Assembly: GCA_001443395.1 (NCBI GenBank) | Contig: LDXK01000001.1 | Location: 128,001-192,000 of the forward strand | Direction of reading: 5' to 3' | DNA from: a candidate division WWE3 bacterium CSP1-7 | GTDB lineage: Bacteria > Patescibacteriota > WWE3 > 9FT-COMBO-53-11 | Length of the DNA stretch: 64,000 nucleotides | Shown here: positions 19,395-29,156 of the stretch, piece by piece | How positions within the stretch are numbered: position 1 is the first letter of the stretch | How the letters are laid out: each line of letters begins with the position of its first letter | Notes under the pieces: generated by a model | Told to the model about the DNA's origin: nothing | Database searches by the model: none | What the model saw: the letters and a program-made list of their open reading frames with translations, nothing else | Program-made: the position numbers and the translations under genes

Positions 19395-22214
19395 TTAGGT
19401 CTTAATGACGTCCTGCGTAAGAGTTACGATCAATGTTAAACCGACGTCGGTGATCTGTTGTTGGGTACTTAACGGTAAATAGTTTATTGCCCCGAATGAT
19501 TTTCTGATCCTCACATTAACGTTCTTGGGGCTAGCTTGATAGTTGTAGCTTTCAGTAGCAATTCCGCTGGCGTTGGTCTCCTCGTTCATCAAAGGAACAG
19601 TTGCAGTGTCGGTAGCCGAAACATAATCTACGGCTAGTGTGTGCACTCCATAAGGCTCGCTAGCCCAACTGTCCCCACCCGACAATGCAGTTGTCGTCAC
19701 TGAGTTAGCAGATACCGACAAAACAATCGCCCAATTAAAGGGGGAGTTTGTCATTCGGATAGTGTCTCCTTCGACAATAGTTCCGTCACCGATATCAGTT
19801 TCGTTAATTGTGGTTTCATTGCCCGTACCGTCGTCTGTTCCGGTAACCGCTGTGGGTAAGGTAAAGGTGGTTCCTGATCTACTAGAGTACCGATAAGTCT
19901 GGTATTCGCCCGTCGAAATATCCTGAATATCCAACCACCCTGAAGCCGGTAGGTCGGCGGGAGGAGTTTGGGTGACAACGAAATCCGCGTCAGTCCTGTT
20001 GTTGCCTGTAGAGGAAGTAAAGGGATTTCCGGGGTGGCCAACATCGGTGTCTTCATATCTTTTCTGGATAAAAACCTGGGCGTCTTCAATCGGATTGTTG
20101 TCTGCGTCGAGGGTGGTTACTGAGATATTTTTGGTGTTGGCGATGGTTGTTGAACCAGCTCCCTCGTTCTCAACTGGAGTCGGACTATCTCCACCGGACA
20201 CGTTGATAGTGACGGTGCCGCCGGAGCGGTTTCGCAACCCAACAATGTTACCCGAGAAAGCGTGGCCGGAGAAGTCGAAGGTCTCGGCGTCGTGGACAGA
20301 TACGGCCCGGGCATTATTGATGAAAGAACAATTCAACATGTCGTCATTCGCTGTAGCCGGAAGGCGGACTGAACCCAGCGACAATGTTTCCGGCCCAGCT
20401 CCGAAACGCGATAGGCGCGGCGCATCACCGGTTTGATCAGCTTCGGCGTCTCCTCTGATCCCCACTCGCCGGTTCGTTTGATAACTGGATTGACCAGTGG
20501 CTGAGACCTTAGTAACAGCACTATTGCCTGAAACGAAGCCTTCAATAGTTGTCCCGTCACCTCGCAAAGACAATAGGTAGTCAGTATCTTCCAAGAACGT
20601 CACGCTGGTTGGCCCAGCGATGGCCGTATCAGTACCGGCGTCGCAGCGAATAAGCGTAACCTGGCTGTTGAGCAAATCAGCTTTCAGATAGTAGTAGTTT
20701 TCGGTTGCGGCGGTCGCGTCTTTGCGAATGATAACGCCCAGCGCTCCTTGGTTAGCACCGCCACTCGGCCAACGCACAATCGCTTCGGCATAGTGATCAT
20801 CGTTTCCCACCACATCATTCGTTACCATAACGACCTGTCTTTGGTCCGAACCTCCGGGGTCCAACAACTCAACATATCCGGCAGTTCTGTTGGGAATAGA
20901 TAGAAACGTCCCATTTACCACGTTGACCCAGTCGACGATCGGGTCGGCAGTCGCTAATACTTCGGCGGCAGCGGCATCAACATTTAGAAATCTCTCCATG
21001 AACCGATATGATCCCCCGATCCCATCGATAAAGGTATCCTGCCGAAGCTCAACCGGCCCGGCTTGGAGAGTACCGCAACCCAGTAGAGTGTTCCCAATGA
21101 ATTCATCGGTGGATGCGCTGTTCCCAGAAAAATCTAAATCCCTGAAGTTGGAGAAAGTCGTACCGTAAATCTTTACATCCTCCACATTTCCATCGTCCGC
21201 GTCAACGATAGTTGGGATTTGATATGATCCAATAAAAACCGGGCCGTTTCGGCCGGATGCGGTGTCGCCCGTACCTACCTTCTGCCCGAATTGAACTTTG
21301 GTATCTCCGCCAGGAGTAGTTGCATTACCGACAAATTCTATGCCGTAGTAAGGCACCCCATTGCTGTCTCGCCCATCATTCCAATTGCCAGACGTATCAT
21401 ACCCAACGGTAGGACGGATGGACGTCGTAGCTGTGTGATAGTACCAGGTCGGTTCCCACACGACCACGTCATTCTCCGTGCTGAAGTCGGTTGGGTTGGT
21501 GGAAACATCGTCGCCAATAGAGAGTTTTCCTTTGCAATAAACGACTCCGGCTCGTTCTGTCAAAACTCCGTACCGGTTAGCGACAGTCCCCCAATCCCAA
21601 TTCAACATCTCGCGGATTCCCCCCCCTACCGAATCGGGAGTTCCACGAGCCCGTAGTTCCCCCCGGCCGTAGGAAATTCGATCAATTCCAAAGTTCTGCC
21701 CTTTCGCTGTGGTCGTAGTCGTCATCGCTCCGCCAAAGTAGCGTAAAGCCGCAAGGTTGGGCGTACCGCCAGTAGCAGATGCGGGAGCACGGGGGTCGAT
21801 CACAGCCATTATCCACCCCGTTGTGGCTGATACCTGCAGAAAATCGTTTCCGCCTACATAAAAATCTTTGTAATCAGTGGAGGGCGGGGTTCCGGAGCCG
21901 ATTCGAACGATAAGTCCGCCGTTGGCGAGAGTAGCCATCAACGACGGCACGTTCGACCGGATCCATATATAGATCAGCTTGTTGTAATGAGCCCCCGCCG
22001 AGGAAAAATCGAGAGCAGCACCGGCACCCAGGTCAAAAACCATCCCTTTAGTAACGGCACCAGATACGGCCCGGCTGAAAGAGTTTGCCCCCTGAGCAAA
22101 GAAGTCCGGCTCGCGTGAAGGAGTCTGCGCACCAATGGAATACCACGGTGGCGATGCATAATCGGTCTCACAGTCGGTAATGTTGGTCAGATCAGTAGTA
22201 ATTGTCAGTGCCAT
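19395..22214 (-). CDS. Large beta-rich phage-structural-like protein (939 aa) with putative lectin-like beta-sandwich, no signal peptide
   Basis: First ORF of the minus-strand operon; the segment GVIIRK...NYYYL...YLLSLRGDGTTIEGFV resembles ConA-like folds; C-terminus homologous to that of the 828-aa protein. Confidence 0.85.
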   Translation of the reverse strand: MALTITTDLTNITDCETDYASPPWYSIGAQTPSREPDFFAQGANSFSRAVSGAVTKGMVFDLGAGAALDFSSAGAHYNKLIYIWIRSNVPSLMATLANGGLIVRIGSGTPPSTDYKDFYVGGNDFLQVSATTGWIMAVIDPRAPASATGGTPNLAALRYFGGAMTTTTTAKGQNFGIDRISYGRGELRARGTPDSVGGGIREMLNWDWGTVANRYGVLTERAGVVYCKGKLSIGDDVSTNPTDFSTENDVVVWEPTWYYHTATTSIRPTVGYDTSGNWNDGRDSNGVPYYGIEFVGNATTPGGDTKVQFGQKVGTGDTASGRNGPVFIGSYQIPTIVDADDGNVEDVKIYGTTFSNFRDLDFSGNSASTDEFIGNTLLGCGTLQAGPVELRQDTFIDGIGGSYRFMERFLNVDAAAAEVLATADPIVDWVNVVNGTFLSIPNRTAGYVELLDPGGSDQRQVVMVTNDVVGNDDHYAEAIVRWPSGGANQGALGVIIRKDATAATENYYYLKADLLNSQVTLIRCDAGTDTAIAGPTSVTFLEDTDYLLSLRGDGTTIEGFVSGNSAVTKVSATGQSSYQTNRRVGIRGDAEADQTGDAPRLSRFGAGPETLSLGSVRLPATANDDMLNCSFINNARAVSVHDAETFDFSGHAFSGNIVGLRNRSGGTVTINVSGGDSPTPVENEGAGSTTIANTKNISVTTLDADNNPIEDAQVFIQKRYEDTDVGHPGNPFTSSTGNNRTDADFVVTQTPPADLPASGWLDIQDISTGEYQTYRYSSRSGTTFTLPTAVTGTDDGTGNETTINETDIGDGTIVEGDTIRMTNSPFNWAIVLSVSANSVTTTALSGGDSWASEPYGVHTLAVDYVSATDTATVPLMNEETNASGIATESYNYQASPKNVNVRIRKSFGAINYLPLSTQQQITDVGLTLIVTLTQDVIKT

Positions 22215-22306
22215 CTCTAACTAAAAATACAACAATCTTTCAGGCAGGGAATAAATAAGACCCTAAGTATCAACTAGATATCGATCTAAATTATAATGCT
22301 TTTGAA

Positions 22307-24442
22307 ATGTTATCAATCCTCCCAAAGTTAACTAGGTTTTTAATAGTAATTTCTTTTATTTCCCTTCTTGTTTTTTATCCCCAAATAGTAGGGGCTACTA
22401 ATTCTTGCACCGCCAGTGCATCTCCGGCATCGGTACAAGCTAACTCAACTACCTCCTTCAGTTTTTCGATTACCAATACTGGTTCTGAGACCGTAAACTA
22501 CGTAAGGGTAATGGTTCCCTCCGAAAATTTTACTCTTCAAAGTTCGGGAGTCCCTAGCTGGACAGTGTATTCGGGAGGCTCTTTGGTGGAACTTGTGGGA
22601 GGAAGCGTTGCGCCCAGCTCCGTATTCCAGTTTTCGCTCCCCGCCACCGCGGGAAACAGTGAAGCTCCCTCGGCAAATTGGCAAGTAGTAACAAACACCG
22701 GAACCGGTGAAGTTAGTTGCACCGGATCCTTGGGAACCACCATTTCAGGAGTTGCCGATGTACTCGCCCCAGAATTGTCGGAAACAGCAGTTACCGGCAT
22801 AACAACTTCTTCAGCAACGGTCAGTTGGACAACGAATGAAGCTTCCAATTCAAAGGTCGAATACGGTCCAACCGAAGATTTGGGTTTCAGTAAAACTGTC
22901 ACGACACTGGTTGCATCCCACTCCGTCACCTTGAATGGACTCTCGGCAAATACGGCTTACTACTACTCGGCGGTAAGTACAGATGCGAGTGGCAACATCG
23001 GCAGAAATGACCAAAACTCCTTAACCACAGCGTCTTCTGCCGGATCGACAAAAATTACGATTCCACCCCCGCAAACCATCATCAAAAGCGTCACTGACAC
23101 CGCCGCGCCGGGAATTTCGATTACTACCAACTTTTCCAAGCCTTTTGAGCAACCGCCGCTTATTTCAGGCCGGGCGACTGACGCTTACGGAATCGCTGCC
23201 GTGGAGTACTCCACCGACGGTGGGGTCAACTGGCTACCAACGGACAAACTCACCTCCCCAGGAAAAAAATCTACAACCTTCAACTTTGTACCGATTTTGT
23301 TCGACGACGGCAATTACCAAATTGTCGTTCGAGCCACCGACGGCTCGGGAAACCGAGGAGTGTCCAAAATTTACACATTGGTAATTGACCGCTTGCCGCC
23401 GATCGTCGGCTCCGCTCTTATCTCCATCGGACCATTGGTCCTGACCCCCAATGAGAACGGCCAACTGGTAACCATTTCCGGCGTCGAGCATAAAGTTATC
23501 CTCTCGGCCGCCGGCGGCCCCGTTACCATCGATCTTTTGATAGATAACCACGTCCATTCTTTTTCGCGCTCCCACGAAACCGGTCTCTGGAACGGCGCGG
23601 TAATCTTCGCCCAATCCGGATTTTACGAACTGATCGTAAAAGCAAAAGACGGGGGCGGAAATGTGACCGAACGCCGCCTGACCAATGTGATTGTGCTTGA
23701 TCCGGGACAGTTAGAGGGAGTAGATAAAGGCACGATCACCGTCTACTACCAAGAACCGGCTTCCAAAGTTTGGTACCTCTGGGATTCCCGGTCCTTTGGC
23801 CAAACCAACCCCCGGAGCTTCAAAGATGGAACCTACAGTCTTTTCCTTCCCGCTGGCACCTACTATTTAAAGATTTCTGCTCCGGGATACAAAACCGTTA
23901 CAAGCAGTATCTTTCGACTAGACTCCACCGCCCCGATCAATACCGATTTCACTCTTGAGAAGACTAGTCCTTTCAGCATCTTTGATCTCTTCCGTTCCCA
24001 AGAGGTTAAAATTAGCGAATCGCAACCCCCCGCCGAGATAAATCCCCTTTTGGGTAAGCGGGCGCTAATTTTCTTTCTCCCCGCTATCGAAGGAACTTTC
24101 GAATCGGTCACGTTGCGCGGACACTCTTCCGTTCTCTCCTTCGTTAACACCTGGTCCGATTCCTCGATTGAACAAATCTCGATCTTGGATAAGTTTCCTC
24201 GCCCGAACCAAATCGGCACCGTGGTTGTCCAAGATAACTTATCTCGGATCAAGATTCTGGCTAAAAGAGGGGAATACGATCTGAATTTGGCGGTCGATGA
24301 GGACGGCTTGCTGGTGGACGATTTTGGTATCTTCACCCTTCCCACCCACGTTTTTATGGACCGAAAAGGCGTAATCAAAAGAGTCGTCCCGGGCGTTTTG
24401 ACGGAGGAAGAAATTGAAAAAAATCTCTTGGACATTCTCTGA
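22307..24442 (+). CDS. Secreted multi-domain protein: FN3/Ig-like domains plus C-terminal thioredoxin-like domain without CxxC
   Basis: Signal peptide; ATVSWTTNEASNSKVEYG FN3 motif; VEYSTDGG; FVNTWSDSS...LPTHVFMDRKGVI TlpA-like domain. Confidence 0.8.
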   Translation: MLSILPKLTRFLIVISFISLLVFYPQIVGATNSCTASASPASVQANSTTSFSFSITNTGSETVNYVRVMVPSENFTLQSSGVPSWTVYSGGSLVELVGGSVAPSSVFQFSLPATAGNSEAPSANWQVVTNTGTGEVSCTGSLGTTISGVADVLAPELSETAVTGITTSSATVSWTTNEASNSKVEYGPTEDLGFSKTVTTLVASHSVTLNGLSANTAYYYSAVSTDASGNIGRNDQNSLTTASSAGSTKITIPPPQTIIKSVTDTAAPGISITTNFSKPFEQPPLISGRATDAYGIAAVEYSTDGGVNWLPTDKLTSPGKKSTTFNFVPILFDDGNYQIVVRATDGSGNRGVSKIYTLVIDRLPPIVGSALISIGPLVLTPNENGQLVTISGVEHKVILSAAGGPVTIDLLIDNHVHSFSRSHETGLWNGAVIFAQSGFYELIVKAKDGGGNVTERRLTNVIVLDPGQLEGVDKGTITVYYQEPASKVWYLWDSRSFGQTNPRSFKDGTYSLFLPAGTYYLKISAPGYKTVTSSIFRLDSTAPINTDFTLEKTSPFSIFDLFRSQEVKISESQPPAEINPLLGKRALIFFLPAIEGTFESVTLRGHSSVLSFVNTWSDSSIEQISILDKFPRPNQIGTVVVQDNLSRIKILAKRGEYDLNLAVDEDGLLVDDFGIFTLPTHVFMDRKGVIKRVVPGVLTEEEIEKNLLDIL

Positions 24443-24461
24443 TAATTGTTAAAATAAGTCG

Positions 24462-26060
24462 ATGCTCACCACTCAATTTTTACTCGTAAATTTCCACTTT
24501 GTCGTTTCTCTGCTTGCCGCCCTAATCACCCTCGCTATCGCCTGGCTTTACTTTGATGCTTGGACCGGCCAGAAAAGTTTTAAGCAAGCCCTCCCGTTTC
24601 TGGGGTTCCTGTTCCTCTCTCTATCCTTTGTCGTGCAGAGCGTGATTGTGGACCAGTCTCTATTTGAAACCGCTTTCGAGGGCACTGCGGTCGCCGGCGC
24701 CCTCAAAATCATCTTCCGCTTCGGGGGATATCTCACTCTGGTTGCCGGTCAACTCATTACCCCACTCCAGCAGCGGCCGACCCGAAAGTGGCGATTCCGC
24801 AGTGCGGCCTTGCTGTCCTTTCTGGGATTACCGGTACTGGAACTGGCGCCGTTCCTCCTCGCGGTATTAGCAATGGTGACCGGATTACTCTATCGGCGCC
24901 GCGCCGCCCGAGGCTTGGAGCGACACCTGAAACCGGTTTCGCTCGGGTTCTTTATCCTAGGACTCGCGGAACTCTTGGGCGTCTCGATCGGCTTCCGTGA
25001 TACCGCCAACGTTGCCCTCGCCAATCTCGTTGCCCCCTTCCGCCCGCTCTGGATCACCGAGAGGGTTATCTTGCTTATCGCGATCTACATCTTCGGGCGG
25101 TGGGTCTGGGGATATCTCTTGAAGCGTTTTGAAACCCAGCTCTTTATGATTTTCACCACCGCCACTTTGGCAATTTTTCTGATAACCACGGTTGCTTTCA
25201 GCCTGGCTTCCCTCGCCAACGTTCGCAATAGCGCTCTGGAAAGCTTGCGTTCCGACGTCGGAGTTATCGCTTACACCGTCGATAGTAAGAAGGCGGAAAT
25301 TCTCGCGGATGCCCAGGTTGTTTCCCAAGACCCGCACGTCGGCGCAGCCCTTCCCAGCGCCAATCGGAGCGCCCTTGCCACCATCCTAACCAATAATCTT
25401 CTAGCTAAAGGTTTGACCACCCTCACGGTGGTGAACCGCGATGCTCAGGTGGTAATTCGGGCCGAGGATCCGGAACACTTTGGCGAATCCCTCTCGAGCG
25501 ACCCGTTAATCCAATTGGCCTTGGAAAACCGCGAAACGAGCTCAGTCGACACCAAAGAAGGAACACTGGCTCCCGTCGTCACCATTCGCGCTGCCGCTCC
25601 GGTTCTTAGAAACAACCAAGTAATCGGTGCGATCTTGATTAGCAGCGATATTGACAACGCCTTTGTGGACGGCGTCAAGGAAGCCACCGGTCTGGATGCC
25701 AGCATTTATGCCGACAACGTTCGCTCGGCAACCACTTTCATTGCCCCGGACGGCAAAAGCCGTTTTACTGGAATCAAGGAAGAGAACGAGACCGTCAAAG
25801 AGAGGGTTCTGGCTCAAGGGCAGACCTTTGAGGGATCGGTTGACATTTTGAGTGTCCCCTACTTCGCAGTTTTCTCTCCGCTCAAATCCTTCGACAACAA
25901 CGTCGTCGGAATGCTTTTCGTCGGCCGGCCACAGACTTCGATTCTCCAAACCGCGGCCCGCTCGATCGAACTCACTTTTTCAATTTCGGCGATCCTTCTG
26001 GTTCTATCGGGGTTGCCCGCCTACTTGATCTCGAAATATATTGCCGGTCAAACGGTCTGA
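24462..26060 (+). CDS. Polytopic membrane protein with extracellular Cache domain and no cytoplasmic output domain
   Basis: Several N-terminal TMs; IDNAFVDGVKEATGLDASIY...RSATT and PLK...VVGMLFVG Cache-like motifs; ends just after the last TM. Confidence 0.8.
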   Translation: MLTTQFLLVNFHFVVSLLAALITLAIAWLYFDAWTGQKSFKQALPFLGFLFLSLSFVVQSVIVDQSLFETAFEGTAVAGALKIIFRFGGYLTLVAGQLITPLQQRPTRKWRFRSAALLSFLGLPVLELAPFLLAVLAMVTGLLYRRRAARGLERHLKPVSLGFFILGLAELLGVSIGFRDTANVALANLVAPFRPLWITERVILLIAIYIFGRWVWGYLLKRFETQLFMIFTTATLAIFLITTVAFSLASLANVRNSALESLRSDVGVIAYTVDSKKAEILADAQVVSQDPHVGAALPSANRSALATILTNNLLAKGLTTLTVVNRDAQVVIRAEDPEHFGESLSSDPLIQLALENRETSSVDTKEGTLAPVVTIRAAAPVLRNNQVIGAILISSDIDNAFVDGVKEATGLDASIYADNVRSATTFIAPDGKSRFTGIKEENETVKERVLAQGQTFEGSVDILSVPYFAVFSPLKSFDNNVVGMLFVGRPQTSILQTAARSIELTFSISAILLVLSGLPAYLISKYIAGQTV

Positions 26061-26112
26061 TCCAAAAAGACCAACTTGCCAAAAGAGAAATTTAGGTTGT
26101 ATGCTGAGACAG

Positions 26113-26520
26113 ATGGCTAAAATTCTGATCGTCGAAGACGATCCGTTGATTGCGCGACTCTATCAAAAAGCCTTCGCTTTCGAGGGATACGATGTCGAGG
26201 TCGCTCATGATGGTGAGGAAGGGCTAAAGAAAACTGCGGAGGATAAGCCCGTCCTCATTCTTTTGGACATTATGATGCCCAAAATGCACGGGTTTGAGGT
26301 GATGGACCGGCTCAAGGCCAACGAAGAAACCAAGAAAATTCCCGTGGTTGTCCTAACTAACTTGGCTAGCCCGCGAGATGCTGAAACTGCCCTCTCCAAA
26401 GGAGCGGTCAAATACATCGTCAAAAGCGAGTACCAACCGAAACAGATTGTGGAGATGGTGAAGGAGATTTTAGCCGGATACACCAGAGAAGAGATTCCGG
26501 CGACGGCCGGGGTAAAATAA
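26113..26520 (+). CDS. Single-domain response regulator
   Basis: ILIVEDD, LLDIMMP, VVLTN and YIVK receiver motifs. Confidence 0.93.
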   Translation: MAKILIVEDDPLIARLYQKAFAFEGYDVEVAHDGEEGLKKTAEDKPVLILLDIMMPKMHGFEVMDRLKANEETKKIPVVVLTNLASPRDAETALSKGAVKYIVKSEYQPKQIVEMVKEILAGYTREEIPATAGVK

Positions 26521-26526
26521 ACTCTT

Positions 26527-26919
26527 TCAGCCCAGCTGCGAAACAACTCGCTTGACTATTTCCGGCAACTCCAGATCGGTTTTGATCAAGTAGTCCACCG
26601 CCCCCAATTTTCGAGCTTTTTCTTGAGCCTCCTTCTCGTTAATGATGGTAAGGATAATCACCCGGATGTTCTTGGTCGTCGCATCCTTTTTCAGAGCTTC
26701 TAAGACTTCATAGCCGCTCATCCCAGGCATCAGGAGATCGAGGAGAATGGCACTCGGTTTTCCTTGCCGCGCCAGAGCCAACCCGCTTTCCCCGTCATGG
26801 GCGATCTCGACTTCCAATCCAGCCTTTTCAAAGGCACTCTGATAGAGCCCGCTCAAAAGCGGATTGTCTTCGATCAGGATAAGGATCCTTTTTTTCTTCT
26901 TTTCCACTTTGGCAACCAT
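26527..26919 (-). CDS. Single-domain response regulator
   Basis: LIEDN, LLDLLMPGMSG, ILT and DYLIK; overlaps the kinase stop codon. Confidence 0.93.
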   Translation of the reverse strand: MVAKVEKKKKRILILIEDNPLLSGLYQSAFEKAGLEVEIAHDGESGLALARQGKPSAILLDLLMPGMSGYEVLEALKKDATTKNIRVIILTIINEKEAQEKARKLGAVDYLIKTDLELPEIVKRVVSQLG

Positions 26920-29090
26920 TACTTTGGTAGTTTATCCTTTTTGGACTTTCCTTGAGCGAGAGGTAAAGAGAAGGTGAAGGTCGACCCTTCCCCTTTCACC
27001 GAACTGAACCTGATTTTCCCGCCCATTTTCTCGACAAGCATTCGAGTGATGAAAAGTCCCAAACCGGTTCCCAAAACATCTTGAGTTTCCTTCGCCCCAA
27101 CCCGGAAGAATTTTTGGAAAATTTTCTTTTGGACTTCTTCCGGAATCCCGTACCCGGTGTCACGGACCTCCACAATCAGCGAATCCTCACCGGGTTGACG
27201 AAAGGCAGAAATACTAACGGTTCCCTTATCCCGGTTATATTTGATCGCGTTGGTAACCAAATTCATCAAAACCTCTTTGAGCTTTCCCGGGTCACAGAGG
27301 ATCTGCGGAGCAACGGTAATATCAGCCGAGAGCTTAATCCCCCTCTCCCGAGCCATTGGAAGAACCTCATTGGCAACCTCGGCGAGGATTGGAGAAAAAT
27401 CGTGAGGCTCGGTCTTAGTAACTAGATTTCCGGCCTCCTCGCGGGAAATCTCCAGAAGGTCGTTGATCAGCTGTTTGAGATGATCGTTGGCCTGAGACAT
27501 AAAATCCAGATTCTCTCGAATGTCCCTGGGAAATTTCTCCTTTGCCTCCGAAACCAGACTGAGAAACCCGCCAATGGCTGTCGCGGGGGTGCGCAACTCG
27601 TGGGTGGCGATAAAGAAGAACTCATCTTTAAGACGGGCCACATCTCGGGCCTTCTCCAGCTCTTGTTTTTGAACCTCCCTCAAGGACCTGGTCCTCTCTC
27701 TCACCTTCTCATCCAGAGAGGTGTAGAGTTTCGCGTTCTCCAAGGCAACCCCGGACTCGTGGGAAACGGCTTCCAAAAGGCTGGTGTCACGAGTGGTGTA
27801 GGGATCACCGGAGCCCTTTTCCCCAAGACAAAGGAACGCTTCTATCTTCCCACGCACGCGGATGGGGGAGCAAATGGCAAGCCCGCTGCGTTTGAGGTTT
27901 TCGATCTGCTCCACGGAGGGAGTTCTCTCGGCCATTTCCTCCGTAAGGAGAGGTCCGTCGCTTTTTTCCATCAGTTGGATGAGAACATGATCGCGCGGAA
28001 AAGTTAAGATCTCACGGTCGGAAAGAGTTTGAGCGTAGATAGGGACGAAAATATTCCTCTTTTCGTCCCACAGGAGGAAAGCGGCTTTTTTGGTTTTGAA
28101 AATTTCCGCGATGGTCCTAGTTAATTTGGTCCCAAAATCTCCGACCGAAGTCGCTCGGTTTAAGACCCCGGTAATTTTTCTTAATGTTTCTACGTAAAGG
28201 TAGGTTCCACGGAAGAAAAATCGTTCCGTAACTCGCTGAAAAATCCGGACAGCCTGAATTCCGGCCAAAAACATAACAATCACGGTTGCGGCAACGACAA
28301 AAGGAGTTAAAGAATTGACTCTCTCAGGTGCAGCCAACTCCACTATTCGAAGGATAAAGAAGTACATTGACGGACCGGTGGCGGCGATGAGCAACATCGC
28401 AATCCCACTCTGGAGGGCGATGCGGATATCAAAAAGTCTATACCTGAGAATCGCGTATGTAACCGGAATCGTCATCAGGATTTGGAAAGAAGAAGTTAGG
28501 GAGCGAAATCTGAAAATCTCAAATTGCGGGAGCACTACAGAAACAAAAATCCCGCTTAACGTAAATAACCCCAGTCCGATCCCCAGATATTGGAGCTGCA
28601 GTTTATCGAGACCTTTAGACTTTCGGTAAAAACTGGCGATTTTTACCAATCCCCACAGAGCCAAAGTTATAGTAAAAGCCTGCATCAACTGATAAAGAGG
28701 ACCTCGCACCGGCCCAACGCCCCCACCGGAAAATTCCACACCCTCCACCGACAATGAACTCAAGGCTAATATTGTGTTTAGGACCAATAGAACGAGCAAT
28801 CCGAGAAATAGTTTCTTATTCAACGAGACTCGATATTTTTCCTTCAACGAGTAAGCGAAAAGAAACAACGAACCTGATGTGAGGGCCGCGGTCGCGTTTA
28901 TCATTCTCCCCCAGAAAAGAGACGGGCTTAAGGAGAGCATCAAAATAGCAAATGATATTCCTGAAGAGAAAACTACAAACAATCCAAAGAAAATTCGGTC
29001 CAATTTTCTTCCGCTTCTCACGAGAATGTAAACACCGATAATAATATTGAGGATGAGAATTCCAATGTTAAGTGAAGAAGCAGCAGACAT
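26919..29090 (-). CDS. Sensor histidine kinase (7TM-type N-terminus, GAF, HisKA, HATPase)
   Basis: YAILRYRLFDI after the TM block; GAF LGEKGSGDPY; HELRTP; NAIKY; DTGYGI; GTGLGL. Confidence 0.93.
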   Translation of the reverse strand: MSAASSLNIGILILNIIIGVYILVRSGRKLDRIFFGLFVVFSSGISFAILMLSLSPSLFWGRMINATAALTSGSLFLFAYSLKEKYRVSLNKKLFLGLLVLLVLNTILALSSLSVEGVEFSGGGVGPVRGPLYQLMQAFTITLALWGLVKIASFYRKSKGLDKLQLQYLGIGLGLFTLSGIFVSVVLPQFEIFRFRSLTSSFQILMTIPVTYAILRYRLFDIRIALQSGIAMLLIAATGPSMYFFILRIVELAAPERVNSLTPFVVAATVIVMFLAGIQAVRIFQRVTERFFFRGTYLYVETLRKITGVLNRATSVGDFGTKLTRTIAEIFKTKKAAFLLWDEKRNIFVPIYAQTLSDREILTFPRDHVLIQLMEKSDGPLLTEEMAERTPSVEQIENLKRSGLAICSPIRVRGKIEAFLCLGEKGSGDPYTTRDTSLLEAVSHESGVALENAKLYTSLDEKVRERTRSLREVQKQELEKARDVARLKDEFFFIATHELRTPATAIGGFLSLVSEAKEKFPRDIRENLDFMSQANDHLKQLINDLLEISREEAGNLVTKTEPHDFSPILAEVANEVLPMARERGIKLSADITVAPQILCDPGKLKEVLMNLVTNAIKYNRDKGTVSISAFRQPGEDSLIVEVRDTGYGIPEEVQKKIFQKFFRVGAKETQDVLGTGLGLFITRMLVEKMGGKIRFSSVKGEGSTFTFSLPLAQGKSKKDKLPK

Positions 29091-29156
29091 GTAATTGCAT
29101 TGTATAAAAAAGGACAGCAAGAAATACAGGATATTTCTTGCTGTCAGACGAAAAAC

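Noticed and set aside
13382-22214. Intact prophage or contractile injection system
   Set aside because: No recognisable terminase, portal, capsid, sheath, tube, tape measure, integrase or lysis genes.
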